Shown: positions 8,262 to 19,848, numbered from the stretch's first letter. The stretch: 64,000 bases of DNA from Planctomycetota bacterium (GCA_965222115.1 CBDCTJ010000007.1:1408001-1472000); one strand, 5' to 3'. Translations and numbers: made by a program. Notes: generated by a model not told the origin, from the letters alone.

Positions 8262-10706
8262 CTACTTGGCCACCCCCGGCACAAGTCCACCGAAAACCGC
8301 GCTCGGCACCCAATGCGTGGCTTCGTCGTAGGCGCGCATGGCCTTCGTACTGGGAGGCAACAGTTCAAATTTGATCCAGCGCCGCATGCCGCGGAGGAGG
8401 TCATAGCATGATTTATTGAGCGCCGCATTGCTGTCGAGTTGCGTAATGATGAGGTCGTAAATGCCATCAATGCCTCGCAACCAATGCGGCCGGCTCGTTG
8501 CGCGAGGTTCGAATGGGGCCAAACGTGCCATGATCGATCCGTTTCCTGAAGAGAGTAGCTGCGACACATCGTTGCGAGCATCAGATTGCGTCCGAGCGAG
8601 GCCTGCCGTCGCGAACCAATACCACAGGCCCTCTCGCCGCTGTGCGCGCGATTGCTCGAGATACGTCGTAATGCGCGGATCGTTTACAGCGCCCAGTCGT
8701 GCAAGCCCGGCGTAACTGCGGTCTGCCAACACCATGGCGGCGGAGACAGTATCGCCCGCACGAAAGTGTTTCCATGCCGCGCGCGAGTCCTTTCGCTCCT
8801 GAATGTGGCGCTCACCCTCTTCGGCCTCGAAGGTCGCGTCTGCGTTGTGCCACAAGAACTCAAGCTCATTCGCCCCGGTAGCGCGAACTACAAGCGCTGT
8901 CAATGCGTCGATCGATCTGGCTTCATCATCGTGATAATGGACACCCTTTATTTCAGGGTCGGGGGCGAGCCTACGGAGTTCTGCGTCGATCGTCTTGTTC
9001 TGTACGTACGTAAGTGATCGACGATGTCGAGACTTCCAGTAGACCGAGCCCTCACCGCGAAACGCCTTGAGCATGACATCTTCATGTCCGGTCACGCCCA
9101 GGCGTGCCAATGCCGCAAGAAGCGAGGGCTTGATCCCTGGCTGCGATTCTAAAAGTGTCGTAATGAGTGCAATCGTTGCGTCGCGATCCCGCACTTCAAG
9201 CAGCGATAGCAATCGGAGCCAATGAACTTCATCGCCGCGGCTCTGTTTCAAGTCAGGTAAGCTTGAGAGTCGCTTTGCAAGTCGTTTGGCACGCTCACGC
9301 GAAAGACTCTCGGGATCCGCATTCACGTGCCACTCAGCGAGTTTACGAATGTGCGTCGTCGATTCGGGGTCCATCGTGTTCCACAGCGCGTCGCTCAACA
9401 TTCGTAGATGATTCGGTGTGATGTTTACGCCAAACATGCGGCGCATAAGTTCTCGCATGCCGGGTGTGAACTGCACAGACGCACGCGATCGCCGATCCAT
9501 CGGCCCATTCAAGATTCGTTTCGCGGCTCGCGTGGCCGATTCCTTGGGCAATGCACGCCACGACATGAGTTCTACAAACGCATTGACGCGAGCCGATCGG
9601 CTGGCATCTTGCTTCTGGTGGCGCTCTAGACGCTCGCGATAGACCTCGGGCTTTCCCAGCAACGCAAGTGCGGTTGCCGCGCACCAACTGCGTTCGTCGC
9701 GGTTCTTTGTCAGCGCCAACACTTGTTCGGCGTCTTCTTTGGAAAGCCTCGCACGATGTCGCATGCTCCATGTGCCGAGGTTCACGATGTGAGAGGCAAA
9801 CGCTCGCGTCGGCGCGTCAAACGCGTCAACGAATGTCCTGAGAAATGGAAGGTCCTTTTCTGCCGGTTGATAACGCATGAGCGCGAGTTGAATCCACGAC
9901 TTTGGCGCAGACACACTCAATGGCTTGTTCTTTGGATCGCCGATATCGAATCCCCGTTTGCGGTCATTCAACGAACGAAAGAGCTCCAGGATCCCCTCCG
10001 GGAGGCCACCGTCGCTGGGCACTTGGGTTCGCGGCGAGACCGAGGCGAGTGTGGGCGGCTTCGTGTTGGCACGTTCCGCACGCAAGCGCTCCAATCCGTA
10101 TAGCAGTCCCACGAGAATCGCATCTTGATGTTTGAACTCGGAGTCGAACTCGCAAACGTCAATGAATGCGTCGAGCAACTGTTCAAACATAGGTGTGGGG
10201 CTTGACGCCAATAGCGGGAGAAGTCCGGCAAGCTGGCGTGGCGTGAGGCAGCTTCGTACTCGCTTGTAGTCGATTCGTTCGCGCTGTTTTTCCGTGGCGG
10301 TAGCGGCTAGCTTAAGGTGTGAAGGAATGTCTTCGGACCGCAACGTGCCATTGGACTTGTCTATGGCCCACCAAGGCGCACGGGAGATAGCCTCCAGCGA
10401 ACCACTGAGCAGTTTCCGCTTGCGCGCCATTCCCTCGGTGTCGAGATTCGGGAAGTCCAGTCCCCGCGCCGCTTGTCTCGCTAGTTTGAGATCCTCGCCC
10501 TCGAAGGCGGCGCGCAGCACGTTTCGCTTGTGGCTTGCGTAAGTCTCTCGGCTACGCCACCACTGGCGAACTTCTTTGTGTTTGGCATGCGCTTCGTCGA
10601 GTAGCGCGCGAAACGTGTCGAGTTCACCTTTGGCGCTGGCCGTGTGAGGCGGCGCCAACAACAGGAGGACAGAAATTAGACCCATTCGCGCAAGGGAGAT
10701 ACGCAT
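8262..10706 (-). CDS. Large exported alpha-helical (HEAT/ARM-like) hypothetical protein
   Basis: >800-aa ORF with a signal peptide (..LLLLAPPHTASA|K) and HEAT-like segments such as CAATALALLG and LLAALARLG. The start is uncertain. Confidence 0.65.
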   Translation of the reverse strand: MRISLARMGLISVLLLLAPPHTASAKGELDTFRALLDEAHAKHKEVRQWWRSRETYASHKRNVLRAAFEGEDLKLARQAARGLDFPNLDTEGMARKRKLLSGSLEAISRAPWWAIDKSNGTLRSEDIPSHLKLAATATEKQRERIDYKRVRSCLTPRQLAGLLPLLASSPTPMFEQLLDAFIDVCEFDSEFKHQDAILVGLLYGLERLRAERANTKPPTLASVSPRTQVPSDGGLPEGILELFRSLNDRKRGFDIGDPKNKPLSVSAPKSWIQLALMRYQPAEKDLPFLRTFVDAFDAPTRAFASHIVNLGTWSMRHRARLSKEDAEQVLALTKNRDERSWCAATALALLGKPEVYRERLERHQKQDASRSARVNAFVELMSWRALPKESATRAAKRILNGPMDRRSRASVQFTPGMRELMRRMFGVNITPNHLRMLSDALWNTMDPESTTHIRKLAEWHVNADPESLSRERAKRLAKRLSSLPDLKQSRGDEVHWLRLLSLLEVRDRDATIALITTLLESQPGIKPSLLAALARLGVTGHEDVMLKAFRGEGSVYWKSRHRRSLTYVQNKTIDAELRRLAPDPEIKGVHYHDDEARSIDALTALVVRATGANELEFLWHNADATFEAEEGERHIQERKDSRAAWKHFRAGDTVSAAMVLADRSYAGLARLGAVNDPRITTYLEQSRAQRREGLWYWFATAGLARTQSDARNDVSQLLSSGNGSIMARLAPFEPRATSRPHWLRGIDGIYDLIITQLDSNAALNKSCYDLLRGMRRWIKFELLPPSTKAMRAYDEATHWVPSAVFGGLVPGVAK

Positions 10707-10795
10707 CAGCAAGCTCCGCAATTCAATTGGCCAACGGCGTAGCATACTCGCCCAAGGTGGTGGGAATAAACGCGGCGCGGTATGGTCGCGTCGCG

Positions 10796-11815
10796 ATGTT
10801 GCTCTACGTGCTCCGCCGTCTGGTACTGACGATTCCCCTGCTGCTCGGGGTGTCGTTTCTCGTTTTCGTGGTGGTCACGAGCATTCCCGGTGACCCGTGC
10901 CTGCGGAAGTTGGGCGCCAAGACCAGTCCCGAGGCTTTGGCTGGATGCCGAACGGCGTTGAAGTTGGATCGTCCCTTCCCGGAACGCTACGCCCACTTCG
11001 TTACGAATGCGGCTCAGCTCGACTTTGGCGAAGACCTCGTCACGGGCGAAGACGTAGGACCGGTCATCATGGAGCGCTTGGCGCCCACGGTTGAGTTGAC
11101 GCTCGTGGCGTTGTTTCTTGCCTTCATACTCGGCACCTGGATTGGCACGCGCTCGGCGCTTCGACCGGGCACATGGTTTGATGCATTTGGTCAAGTCGTG
11201 AGCTTGGCGGGCGTTTCAATCCCCGTGTTTTGGTTGGGCCTCATGTTGTCGGCGTGGCTCGGTTCGCGTCTCGGGTGGTTGCCATTCAGTGGTTGGCACG
11301 CCGATCAAATCGGACCCGACGTCAACTATGCGACGGGCTTCTATATGACTGAGTCGCTGTTCCGACTCGAATTGGGCTCGTTCTTTCGTGCGCTCAAACA
11401 CATCGCGCTGCCCGCAATGACGCTGGCGACGATTCCGCTTGCAACCATTACGCGCATGACGCGTTCGTCGGTGCTCGAAGAAGTGGGTCAAGACTATGTA
11501 ACGACAGCGCGCTCCAAGGGACTAAACGAACGGGTGGTGATTGGGCGACACGTTCGGCGCAACGCGTTAATTCCCGTGGTTACCATCACCGGGCTTCAAC
11601 TTGGGTCGCTTCTTTCGGGCGCGGTTCTTACGGAGACCATTTTCAGTTGGCCCGGACTCGGGACACACATGGTGGAAGCGGCCGACGCGCGAAACTATCC
11701 CGTGCTCATTGGCTGCATGATGCTGTTTGTTGTGATTTTCATTCTGGTAAACTTGCTCGTGGACGTGCTCTATCACTGGATCGATCCCCGTATGCGCGCG
11801 GCGAGTGGCGTCTAA
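10796..11815 (+). CDS. dppB: Peptide ABC transporter permease (DppB/OppB family)
   Basis: YVLRRL N-terminus, IPGDP, LDFG, GVSIPVFWLG, EAA loop DYVTTARSKGL..RHVRRNALIP, GAVLTETIFSWPGLG, DPR C-terminus. Confidence 0.95.
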   Translation: MLLYVLRRLVLTIPLLLGVSFLVFVVVTSIPGDPCLRKLGAKTSPEALAGCRTALKLDRPFPERYAHFVTNAAQLDFGEDLVTGEDVGPVIMERLAPTVELTLVALFLAFILGTWIGTRSALRPGTWFDAFGQVVSLAGVSIPVFWLGLMLSAWLGSRLGWLPFSGWHADQIGPDVNYATGFYMTESLFRLELGSFFRALKHIALPAMTLATIPLATITRMTRSSVLEEVGQDYVTTARSKGLNERVVIGRHVRRNALIPVVTITGLQLGSLLSGAVLTETIFSWPGLGTHMVEAADARNYPVLIGCMMLFVVIFILVNLLVDVLYHWIDPRMRAASGV

Positions 11816-12701
11816 GGTGGTGGGCGAGGTTCCTACGGGCCGAATTGCACAGTTGTGGCATCGATTCCGTTTGGGCATACGCGCACTTTGCAAGGATCGC
11901 GGTGCGCTCGTCGGTCTCGTGTTGATCGGGCTTGTATTGTTGATGGCCGCTACCGCCGACTTTGCCACCTGGAACCCGAGTCAACTCGACTACGACATCG
12001 ACTTCGCACCCGCTCCGCCTTCCGGAACGCACTTGCTCGGTACCGACGCCGCGGGCTTTGATGTGTGGTCACGACTCTTGCATGGCTCCCGCCTTTCGCT
12101 GCTAACGGGCGTGATGGCGATCGTGCTCGCGCTTTCCATCGGTGTTCCCATGGGTGCGATCAGTGGTTATGCCGGCGGGTGGACCGATAGCATTTTGATG
12201 CGCGCCGTCGACGTCATGTTGGCGTTTCCAAGCGTGGTATTGGCCGTTGGCATCGCCGCGGTCTTGGACAAGCGTGCGATGTCCACATTGATCATATCCG
12301 TCGGTATTGTAAACATTCCGACCATCGCCAGGCAGGTTCGCGCATCGGTATTGCAGGCCAAGAGCCACGAGTATGTGACGGCCGCGAAGGCCATGGGCAT
12401 GTCGCCGCTTCGCATTCTTCGACGCCACGTTTTGCCCAACTGTTTGGCGCCCATCATTGTCTTGAGCACGCTTGGCGTTGGGAGTGCGATTTTGACGGCG
12501 GCGGGATTGAGTTTTCTCGGTCTCGGTCCCGATGCGCGCGTGGCCGAATGGGGCGTCATGCTCACCGACGGCAAACGCTTCATCTCACGACCCGAACAAT
12601 GGGTAATCATTCCGCCGGGCGTTGCCATTGCCATCACGGTTCTCGGGTTCAATCTGGTGGGGGACGGCCTACGACGAGCGTTGGATCCGCGCTCGCGATG
12701 A
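11805..12701 (+). CDS. dppC: Peptide ABC transporter permease (DppC/OppC family)
   Basis: HLLGTD..G.DVWSRLLHGSRLSL, EYVTAAKAMG, HVLPN, LSFLGLG, FNLVGDGLRRALDPR. Confidence 0.95.
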   Translation: MASKVVGEVPTGRIAQLWHRFRLGIRALCKDRGALVGLVLIGLVLLMAATADFATWNPSQLDYDIDFAPAPPSGTHLLGTDAAGFDVWSRLLHGSRLSLLTGVMAIVLALSIGVPMGAISGYAGGWTDSILMRAVDVMLAFPSVVLAVGIAAVLDKRAMSTLIISVGIVNIPTIARQVRASVLQAKSHEYVTAAKAMGMSPLRILRRHVLPNCLAPIIVLSTLGVGSAILTAAGLSFLGLGPDARVAEWGVMLTDGKRFISRPEQWVIIPPGVAIAITVLGFNLVGDGLRRALDPRSR

Positions 12702-12806
12702 GCACGATCGCAATATGACGGTGGCATGACGGAGCAGCGTTCTGCTAGGGGGTTGCGACCCGGCGACGAACGTACGGCGTAGCCCGTGGCTTACGCGGAG
12801 AGACTC

Positions 12807-13427
12807 GTGAAGATGATGCAGGAAATATCACGGACCAACAAGTGGCGCGCGCCTTTGCTCGCGATGCTCTTGATGATGTCGTGCGTGGCGTGTCAAACGG
12901 CAGACAGTTTCAAAGACGTGGAAAAGGAGCCGGGTCAGCGTTCCGACGGGTTTCCAGCACCGAACCGCGGTGAGGTGTGGGATGCGGCCGTGAGTGTCTT
13001 GCGCACGCAAGGCTATCGGCCCGATCTTTCGGCCTCGTCGAAGGGCGAGGGCGTCGTGCGCAGTGAGTGGTTGCACTCCATGGCGCCGTTCTCACGGTCG
13101 GGTTGGAGGGAGCGCGCTATTGTGCGCATCGTCCCGGCGGGCGAGCGCGACGGCTACTACCGTCTTCAGACCACCGTCACGCGACAAACCAACGACAACA
13201 TCAAGAACCCGAGTGATCGTGAAGATGCGGAGTGGACGCAGGCCAAGCGCAACCCCATGTCCGAGAACCTCATCAATCGTCGCATTGAAATGGAGTTCCT
13301 CTCAGGCGACGTGAGCAACAAATACCGCAAACGCCACGGCATGAAGAGCAAGCGCAGCGATCGACTGAGCGACGTCGAAGAAGACGACGACCTCTACGAA
13401 GAACGCAATAGCGACGAAGATCGGTAG
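12807..13427 (+). CDS. Lipoprotein, possibly with a BamC/helix-grip-like domain
   Basis: Lipobox (SCVAC) and a VWDAAVSVL..GY....GVVRSEW pattern. The start is uncertain (12786, 12807 or 12813). Confidence 0.55.
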   Translation: MKMMQEISRTNKWRAPLLAMLLMMSCVACQTADSFKDVEKEPGQRSDGFPAPNRGEVWDAAVSVLRTQGYRPDLSASSKGEGVVRSEWLHSMAPFSRSGWRERAIVRIVPAGERDGYYRLQTTVTRQTNDNIKNPSDREDAEWTQAKRNPMSENLINRRIEMEFLSGDVSNKYRKRHGMKSKRSDRLSDVEEDDDLYEERNSDEDR

Positions 13428-13437
13428 CAGTCCTTTG

Positions 13438-14661
13438 CTACCGTGCCGTGTCTGATTCGAGACTGGCGATTACGATTTGTTTTCCGTTGTGCCCGCGAGT
13501 AAACACAAGCGTTGCAGCGCGTGACCCTGACGATGTGTGGCGCTTCTGTAACACATCGGCGCGATCATGAATGCCTTGTTTACGTATCGTGAGGCGGCCA
13601 ACGTCGTGATCGCGGAGCCATTTGCGAATGGCCTTAGGTTGGTGCGGAAGCACGGCGTCGATGCGAAGCCAATGACCCGGCAGTTCGTTGATGGCTTGCT
13701 CGCCTACGAGGTAGCTCGTTTCTCGATGAATGGCGTGAAGGCTGTGAGTAGCCGCTACGTGGCCGACGAGTCCTGCGCGAACTACTGAAATGTCAGGATC
13801 AAGGAGATAGGCGCCAACGTCGGTAGGTCCAGGCATCGGGCGCGGCGTTGTCACTCCTTCCACAAACTTGCCCGAAGGAAGCGTCGTAGCGCGGAGCGGT
13901 GCATGACGTTTCCAATCCCCGATGTACACCCGGCGTTCCCTGGCACGACCGTGTAGTGAAATCCATTCGTTTTGCCTTGCCGACTTCATCGCGCCACACG
14001 CCTGCTCGCTCGGTTGTTCGATGATCGCAAGCTTGAGCATCGACCGTTCGGCGTGTGCAAGCAGCGCGTCCCAAGTTTCGGGGGCAGGCGCGTAGTTTGC
14101 TTTGCGTCGATTGTGATCACCTTCCGCGCGTCGATCCGGATCGATGTATACGTTGTCGCCATACGGTGCGTCGAGGAGACAATCCTGATGACGCACATCG
14201 ATGCGCTCGCTTAAGCCCCAAACAGAAACGTTGTGCCGAAGAATGGACGCGAGGTGCCGGTTCATCTCATAGGCAATGACGCGGTGTCCGCACTTCGCCG
14301 CGGCCCACGCATCAATGCCAAGGCCTGCACAGAGATCGTGAATTGGAGTATCCGAATCGGGCCATTGCTCCGCACGATGCGTTGCGACGTCCCATGCGGT
14401 GGCTTGCTCCAACGCCGTGCGATCAAAGAGCATGTTGTCATTTGGTGTGCACTTCCGCTCGGCTCGCTGCATGAGTTCGTCCTGCTCAACTAGCCACGAC
14501 GTCGCCTCGGCCGACGTTTTCTGCCGCAGCGCCTCCACCCGCCGATGGGGCGGATCGTCACGAAGCGAGCGCGCCAACGCCAGGAGTGCTTGCCCTTCGG
14601 CGCTCGCCAAAAAGTCGATTTTGAGATCTGTGGCGCTCACAAGTGCCGTCCCGTGCCTCAC
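13438..14661 (-). CDS. Class I SAM-dependent methyltransferase with C-terminal THUMP-like domain
   Basis: ALEQAT, SAM motif HDLCAGLGID, YIDPDRR, YLLDPD..VVRAGLV, and a C-terminal LR..DVGRLTIRKQG. Confidence 0.85.
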   Translation of the reverse strand: MRHGTALVSATDLKIDFLASAEGQALLALARSLRDDPPHRRVEALRQKTSAEATSWLVEQDELMQRAERKCTPNDNMLFDRTALEQATAWDVATHRAEQWPDSDTPIHDLCAGLGIDAWAAAKCGHRVIAYEMNRHLASILRHNVSVWGLSERIDVRHQDCLLDAPYGDNVYIDPDRRAEGDHNRRKANYAPAPETWDALLAHAERSMLKLAIIEQPSEQACGAMKSARQNEWISLHGRARERRVYIGDWKRHAPLRATTLPSGKFVEGVTTPRPMPGPTDVGAYLLDPDISVVRAGLVGHVAATHSLHAIHRETSYLVGEQAINELPGHWLRIDAVLPHQPKAIRKWLRDHDVGRLTIRKQGIHDRADVLQKRHTSSGSRAATLVFTRGHNGKQIVIASLESDTAR

Positions 14662-14756
14662 TTGAGGCTACGTCGCGAACTTTTGAAGCGGAATTTCGTC
14701 CAAGGCCGTCCGGCAGAAACAATCCTCTGGAGCAGCCCTGCCCATCTGACCGATGA

Positions 14757-17228
14757 GTGAATGCCCCCGACAGGAGCAACGTGGAGCCGAACAAGCCCCC
14801 CCCGAGCGATCTCGCCAAGATCCCCACCACGCTACCCGGGATCCGGCTTTCCAGCACCGTGGTGTTTCCCTTCGACGTGGTGTCGGTCGCGCTTGAACGC
14901 GATCGCAGCATTCGCATGATCGAGGCGCACCGCACCGATGCGGCGATTGTTGCCTGCTTTGTTCCCACGTCCGACATCGAAGAAGACGTTGTCGTCACCA
15001 AAGACGATCTCTACGAGGTGGGCGTTGCGTGTCGCGTGATTCATCGCATGCGTATGCCCAATGGCACGATCCAAGTTGTGTTTCAAGGACTTCGTCGCAT
15101 TCGCCTCGTGGATGTTGTTCAGAGTGAGCCGCACCTCGAGTTTCAAGTGAAGGCGTGCCAAGAGCGCGAGCCGCGTGGTGCCGATGTTGATGGTCTGATA
15201 TTCCGCACGATGGAAACGGTTGACAAGGTTGTTGCGGCGGAGGGTAATTATCCCGCCGAGATGACCAACATTCTGCGCATGAATATTGCGGGCGCAGGAC
15301 GTTTTGCCGATCTTGTGGGCGCGCATCTCAATCTGCCGTTGCCTGTGAAGCGGAGAATCTTGTCGGCATCCAATGTTCGTGATCGCCTGCGGTTGGTGGA
15401 AGAGTCGCTGCAAGAAACACTGGCGCGCATGCAAGTGGAGGGCGAAGTATCGGAGAAAGTACGCGCCGACCTGAGTACGCGGCAGCGTGAACATCTTTTG
15501 CGCGCACAGCTTAAGGCCATTCGTGAAGAACTCGGTATCGATGGTGATTCGGAGGCGGAGTTGCTCGAACTTCGCGAGCGCGTCGACGATACGCCGCTCA
15601 CGGAGGAAGCGCGTAAAGCCGTTACGCGCGAGATCGATCGCTTGGCATCGATGCAACCAGCTTCGGCCGAGTACCACGTCGTGCGCACCTACGTGGGCTG
15701 GATTCTGGACTTGCCTTGGGCCACGCCCGAATCCAAGAAGATCGATTTGAAGAAAGCGCGCCGCATTTTGGATCGCGACCATCACGGTCTTGAGGATGTG
15801 AAAGAACGCATTCTCGAGTTCTTGGCGGTTCAAACGCTGCGGGAAGATCCCAAGACGCCGGTGCTTTGTTTGGTTGGTCCGCCTGGCGTAGGCAAGACGA
15901 GTTTGGGTCGCAGCGTTGCCGAGGCGATGGGACGCGAGTTTGTGCGCTTTAGTGTGGGCGGTATGCGCGATGAGGCGGAGATCCGCGGTCATCGACGAAC
16001 GTATGTGGGCGCCATGCCCGGAAAGATCATTCAGGCTATCAAACGTGCCGGCGTTCGTGATCCGGTGTTCATGTTGGACGAGATCGACAAGATGGGCTCC
16101 GACGCGCGAGGTGATCCTTCGAGTGCCATGCTTGAAGTCCTCGACCCGTCGCAGAATGACACGTTTGGCGACCATTACTTAGATACAGCGTTTGACTTGT
16201 CGCGCGTGTTCTTCCTCTGCACCGCGAATGTGTTGGAGGCGATTCCTGGGCCGCTGCGTGACCGCATGGAGATCGTGCGTCTTGCGGGTTATACGCGCTT
16301 GGAAAAGATGCAGATCGCGCGCAAGCATATTCTTCCGCAAGTCTTGGAAGAAAATGGACTCACGTCCAAGCAGTTGGTGTTTACCGACAAAGGACTGCGC
16401 GCGCTCATCGACGGCTACACCCGTGAGGCGGGCGTGCGTGAACTGCGTCGGCAAATGAGTCGCGTTTGTCGTCAGCGAGCACTCGATGTGGCGCGTGCCG
16501 AAAACGGCGAAGTTAAGCGTCAACAGGTAGACGACAAGCGACTGGAATCGATTCTTGGACCGCGCCGCTTCGACGATACGCACCGCGCCGACGAGGCACA
16601 GGTGGGCGTAACCGCGGGACTCGCGTGGACGCCCGTGGGCGGCGACCTGTTGTTTTTCGAGGCCACGCTCGTACCCGGCAAGGGACGTTTGCAGGTCACG
16701 GGGCAACTCGGGGATGTCATGAAGGAAAGCGCAACGGCCGCACTTACCTACATACGTAGCATCTCGACGGATCTAGAAATCAACCCGGCTGCATTTGAGA
16801 GCTTCGACATTCACCTGCATGTGCCCGACGGCGCAACGCCAAAGGATGGACCAAGCGCTGGCGTAACGATTGCTGCGTGTCTCGCGAGCTTACTCACCGG
16901 AAAGCCGGCGCGTGCCGACATTGCCATGACCGGCGAGATCACAATCAAGGGACGCGTCTTGGCGGTGGGGGGCATCAAGGAGAAGGTCCTCGCGGCGCAC
17001 CGGGCGGGCATGCGACTTGTGCTGTTGCCCGACGCCAACCGCAAAGACCTACACGAAATTCCCGAGGACATTCGCGAAGCGACCGAAATTCGTTTCACGA
17101 GAACTGCCCGCGAAAACATCGAGGCGGCGCTGCTGCCCATCTTCTTGCCGAATGGCAACAGCACCGATCTCCCCGATACCTTTCCCGACCAACCCGGCGC
17201 TCCCCCCGACCAACCACGCGCCAGATAA
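14757..17228 (+). CDS. lon: ATP-dependent Lon protease (endopeptidase La)
   Basis: Lon N domain, Walker [23 protein letters not shown], Walker B LDEIDK, catalytic PKDGPSAG and GGIKEK. Confidence 0.98.
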   Translation: MNAPDRSNVEPNKPPPSDLAKIPTTLPGIRLSSTVVFPFDVVSVALERDRSIRMIEAHRTDAAIVACFVPTSDIEEDVVVTKDDLYEVGVACRVIHRMRMPNGTIQVVFQGLRRIRLVDVVQSEPHLEFQVKACQEREPRGADVDGLIFRTMETVDKVVAAEGNYPAEMTNILRMNIAGAGRFADLVGAHLNLPLPVKRRILSASNVRDRLRLVEESLQETLARMQVEGEVSEKVRADLSTRQREHLLRAQLKAIREELGIDGDSEAELLELRERVDDTPLTEEARKAVTREIDRLASMQPASAEYHVVRTYVGWILDLPWATPESKKIDLKKARRILDRDHHGLEDVKERILEFLAVQTLREDPKTPVLCLVGPPGVGKTSLGRSVAEAMGREFVRFSVGGMRDEAEIRGHRRTYVGAMPGKIIQAIKRAGVRDPVFMLDEIDKMGSDARGDPSSAMLEVLDPSQNDTFGDHYLDTAFDLSRVFFLCTANVLEAIPGPLRDRMEIVRLAGYTRLEKMQIARKHILPQVLEENGLTSKQLVFTDKGLRALIDGYTREAGVRELRRQMSRVCRQRALDVARAENGEVKRQQVDDKRLESILGPRRFDDTHRADEAQVGVTAGLAWTPVGGDLLFFEATLVPGKGRLQVTGQLGDVMKESATAALTYIRSISTDLEINPAAFESFDIHLHVPDGATPKDGPSAGVTIAACLASLLTGKPARADIAMTGEITIKGRVLAVGGIKEKVLAAHRAGMRLVLLPDANRKDLHEIPEDIREATEIRFTRTARENIEAALLPIFLPNGNSTDLPDTFPDQPGAPPDQPRAR

Positions 17229-17290
17229 ACCAGGTATTTTTGGCGCGTCGCGCGATGCGACCGGGCCGCAGAGCGCGAGCCACTGCCGTG

Positions 17291-17321
17291 TGCGCCACAA
17301 AAGCCAGGCTTTTGTGGCGCA
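17291..17321. terminator. 31-bp palindrome between convergent genes; probable bidirectional terminator
   Basis: TGCGCCACAAAAGCC-A-GGCTTTTGTGGCGCA, with perfect 15-bp arms. Confidence 0.6.
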
Positions 17322-17363
17322 TCGAGGATCCGTGCGCCGCAGATACCAGGTAATTTTGGCGCG

Positions 17364-19763
17364 TTACTTGTCGTTGGTGGTTTTGGGGGAGTCGGGTGCT
17401 TTGAGGACGCCGGCGAGGACCTCGAGGCCGCGCATGGCTACACGGCGGACGTCGGGATCGGGGTCGCTGGTGCTCATGATGGCGAGTCGGGGTAAGGCTT
17501 CCTTGGCGCCCATGCCCACGAGAGCAAGGACCGCCGCGCGGCGCTTCCCCGCATCTTCGGCGTCGAGCATCTCGAAGAGCTGTTTGGTAGTCTCCTCATC
17601 GACGTCGTTCATCATGCGCTTTGCTGCTGCGAGTCGTTGCCGATGCTCTTTAATCAGGTCTATCACGCTGCCCGCGTCGTTTGTGTACTGCGTGTACTCA
17701 TAGGCGTAGATGAGATAGGGTAGCGACGCAGGGTGCTTCGTCTTCCGCGCGGCATCGATCAGCGCGTCGTGTAGATCCGACCTGGGATCGATCTTGCCAT
17801 TGGCGGCGAGAGCCCACGCATCGGACAGTGATTTAATGTCTCCGCGCTTGCCTAGTGCCCGAAGGGCGGGCGGTGCCCAGCGGCTCTCGCGATGGGCCGC
17901 GAGTCGCCGCAGGAGTTCGAGTGACGAATCCACGGTCATCTCGCCCAACGCGCGAGTCAAGTAGCGCTCACGCCCCTCGAAGTCATCGCGCGACTTGATC
18001 CATGACTCGAAGGTCACAACGGCTCGGTCGTTATCGGCCGCCGCCAGTGCCTGAATGAGATTCGTTGCTTGTTCGAGGTTGAGCGTGGGCACGGTCTCTT
18101 CAATACGTTTGATCATGAGCAGATCGCGCTGTCGACACGCGGTCCGGTAGAGATTGGCGTGTTGGGTAGAAGGGAATTCGATACCTTCCAGTGACACAAT
18201 CTCGCCCCACGAAATCTTTGTTTCGAGCGCTCTGTGAACATTGGCCAAGTAGTAGATGAATTCCACCGCCACGGGACGCCATCGAAGTGGCAATGCCTTC
18301 AATCGTTGGATCACTCGTGTTGCAATACCATCGTGCATGGACAAATTGACGATCGCGGGTCGTACCTCGCCTCCATGGTACCGCGTCATGTAGTTATCGA
18401 GCCATGCGTCATCCCCGACGAGTTCCGCGGGAATCGTGTCTCGGTTACCGAGCCGTTGACGAAGCTTTGTTGCCAAATCACTCGAACGTGTGCTTGTCCG
18501 GCTTCGCTTAGGTACTGGACGTGTTGCGAGATCGAGTGGTACGGCAGCGCGCCAAAGCAAAACACGATTGTTGTGAAACGCTTCGCCACCCGCGTCAATG
18601 ATAGCTTCGAGCAACTTCCAGACCCGGTGGGTAACTCGCCTGTCGCTGCTCGAAAGATCGTCTTGCAACGCGCGAAGCATTACCTGTAAGTCATCATGAG
18701 ACATTGTCTGCAGCGGGTTAAGGCGTGAGTTGGTGTTGTCGAGCAGGGTGCGAGCGGCCCACGTTGCGCGCGCGGGGTCCTTGCTTCGTACGATCGTGAG
18801 GCAGGCTTCGAAGGCCGGGGCATGCTCGCTTTGCAACGCGACTTCCAATGCAAGATCCGAATAGGGGCCTTGTGCTTGAACAATGCCCATCAACGCATCT
18901 CTATTTCGCAGTGAATAGATAAAGAACGTCCGCCAAAATTCTCGTGAAGTCTTCGTGGACGTATCGGGAACAACACGCTTTGCCCAGGCGAATAGCTGGT
19001 CAACGTTTCCCGTGTAGTACTTGGGGAGCGCGCTCAACATATGCTCCGCCGCTTGCTTGTCGCCTGAGGCTAAGATCGACTCCACGTGCGTGAGGACGGA
19101 TTCTCCTTCTTCTGAAACCAAGTGCTTGGCGGCTGCGGCGGCGATGTCACCGGGCGTGTCCAAAACGACTTTGGCAAGCACACTGCGTACGGCTTCGGTC
19201 CGACGTGGTAGGCGTTTTGCGACGGCCTGTTCGAACGTTCGCTTTTTTTCACGCTCGAGTGTACGGAATGAGACCGTGTCCATGGGTGCATATAGTTCAC
19301 GGATCTTTGATTCCAGCGGACTCATAGCAGCGTTCGACCCGCTCTTGCTGGCGACGCCAACTGCCATGCCGATCGACGTCCTCACGACGTCACCGGGCGT
19401 CAGAGTGAGGCCGAGTAGGCGGAAGAGGCGCGTTTTGTCTTGGGGGGACAGAACGCTGGCTTGCTTCTGGGCGATCTCTATCAAGACGGCCTTCGCATCA
19501 TTCGTATGGCCTGCGAGCACGATGGACTCGGCGACGTTCAAGAACGCGCCTGCCCATTGCTTGTTGCTCGCATACTTGTCTTGCGCTTTGCGCAAGGCAG
19601 CTACCACTTCGCTGGGTTGACCATCCACACGAAGTAGCGTTTCCATCTTGCGGACGAAGGCCTCGGGTGTGGCCTCGTCGGCGTTGGCATGCGGTGCGAG
19701 GGCCGACCACAACAGCGTGCCCGTGAGTGCGGCGACTAGGAGGGGACGTATGAGAGGATTCAT
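17364..19763 (-). CDS. Exported HEAT-repeat protein
   Basis: AAGGAG RBS precedes ATG 19763, with a signal peptide (..ALAPHANA|D). C-terminal HEAT repeats include [13 protein letters not shown] and [14 protein letters not shown]. Confidence 0.8.
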   Translation of the reverse strand: MNPLIRPLLVAALTGTLLWSALAPHANADEATPEAFVRKMETLLRVDGQPSEVVAALRKAQDKYASNKQWAGAFLNVAESIVLAGHTNDAKAVLIEIAQKQASVLSPQDKTRLFRLLGLTLTPGDVVRTSIGMAVGVASKSGSNAAMSPLESKIRELYAPMDTVSFRTLEREKKRTFEQAVAKRLPRRTEAVRSVLAKVVLDTPGDIAAAAAKHLVSEEGESVLTHVESILASGDKQAAEHMLSALPKYYTGNVDQLFAWAKRVVPDTSTKTSREFWRTFFIYSLRNRDALMGIVQAQGPYSDLALEVALQSEHAPAFEACLTIVRSKDPARATWAARTLLDNTNSRLNPLQTMSHDDLQVMLRALQDDLSSSDRRVTHRVWKLLEAIIDAGGEAFHNNRVLLWRAAVPLDLATRPVPKRSRTSTRSSDLATKLRQRLGNRDTIPAELVGDDAWLDNYMTRYHGGEVRPAIVNLSMHDGIATRVIQRLKALPLRWRPVAVEFIYYLANVHRALETKISWGEIVSLEGIEFPSTQHANLYRTACRQRDLLMIKRIEETVPTLNLEQATNLIQALAAADNDRAVVTFESWIKSRDDFEGRERYLTRALGEMTVDSSLELLRRLAAHRESRWAPPALRALGKRGDIKSLSDAWALAANGKIDPRSDLHDALIDAARKTKHPASLPYLIYAYEYTQYTNDAGSVIDLIKEHRQRLAAAKRMMNDVDEETTKQLFEMLDAEDAGKRRAAVLALVGMGAKEALPRLAIMSTSDPDPDVRRVAMRGLEVLAGVLKAPDSPKTTNDK

Positions 19764-19848
19764 GATGGGCTCCTTGTTCAGTGGGTTACGCCCAAAACAA
19801 TGACGCCGATTCATCGCGAGTTGCGATCACGGTGTCAACTGGATGTAT

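Noticed and set aside
10897-10950. Cys pair in the first periplasmic loop of DppB (GDPC...AGC)
   Set aside because: It is probably only a structural disulfide, too weak to call a finding without homolog alignment.
14832-16175. Long antisense ORFs (e.g. opposite lon, nuoD, nuoF)
   Set aside because: These are typical shadow ORFs caused by GC-rich codon bias on the coding strand.
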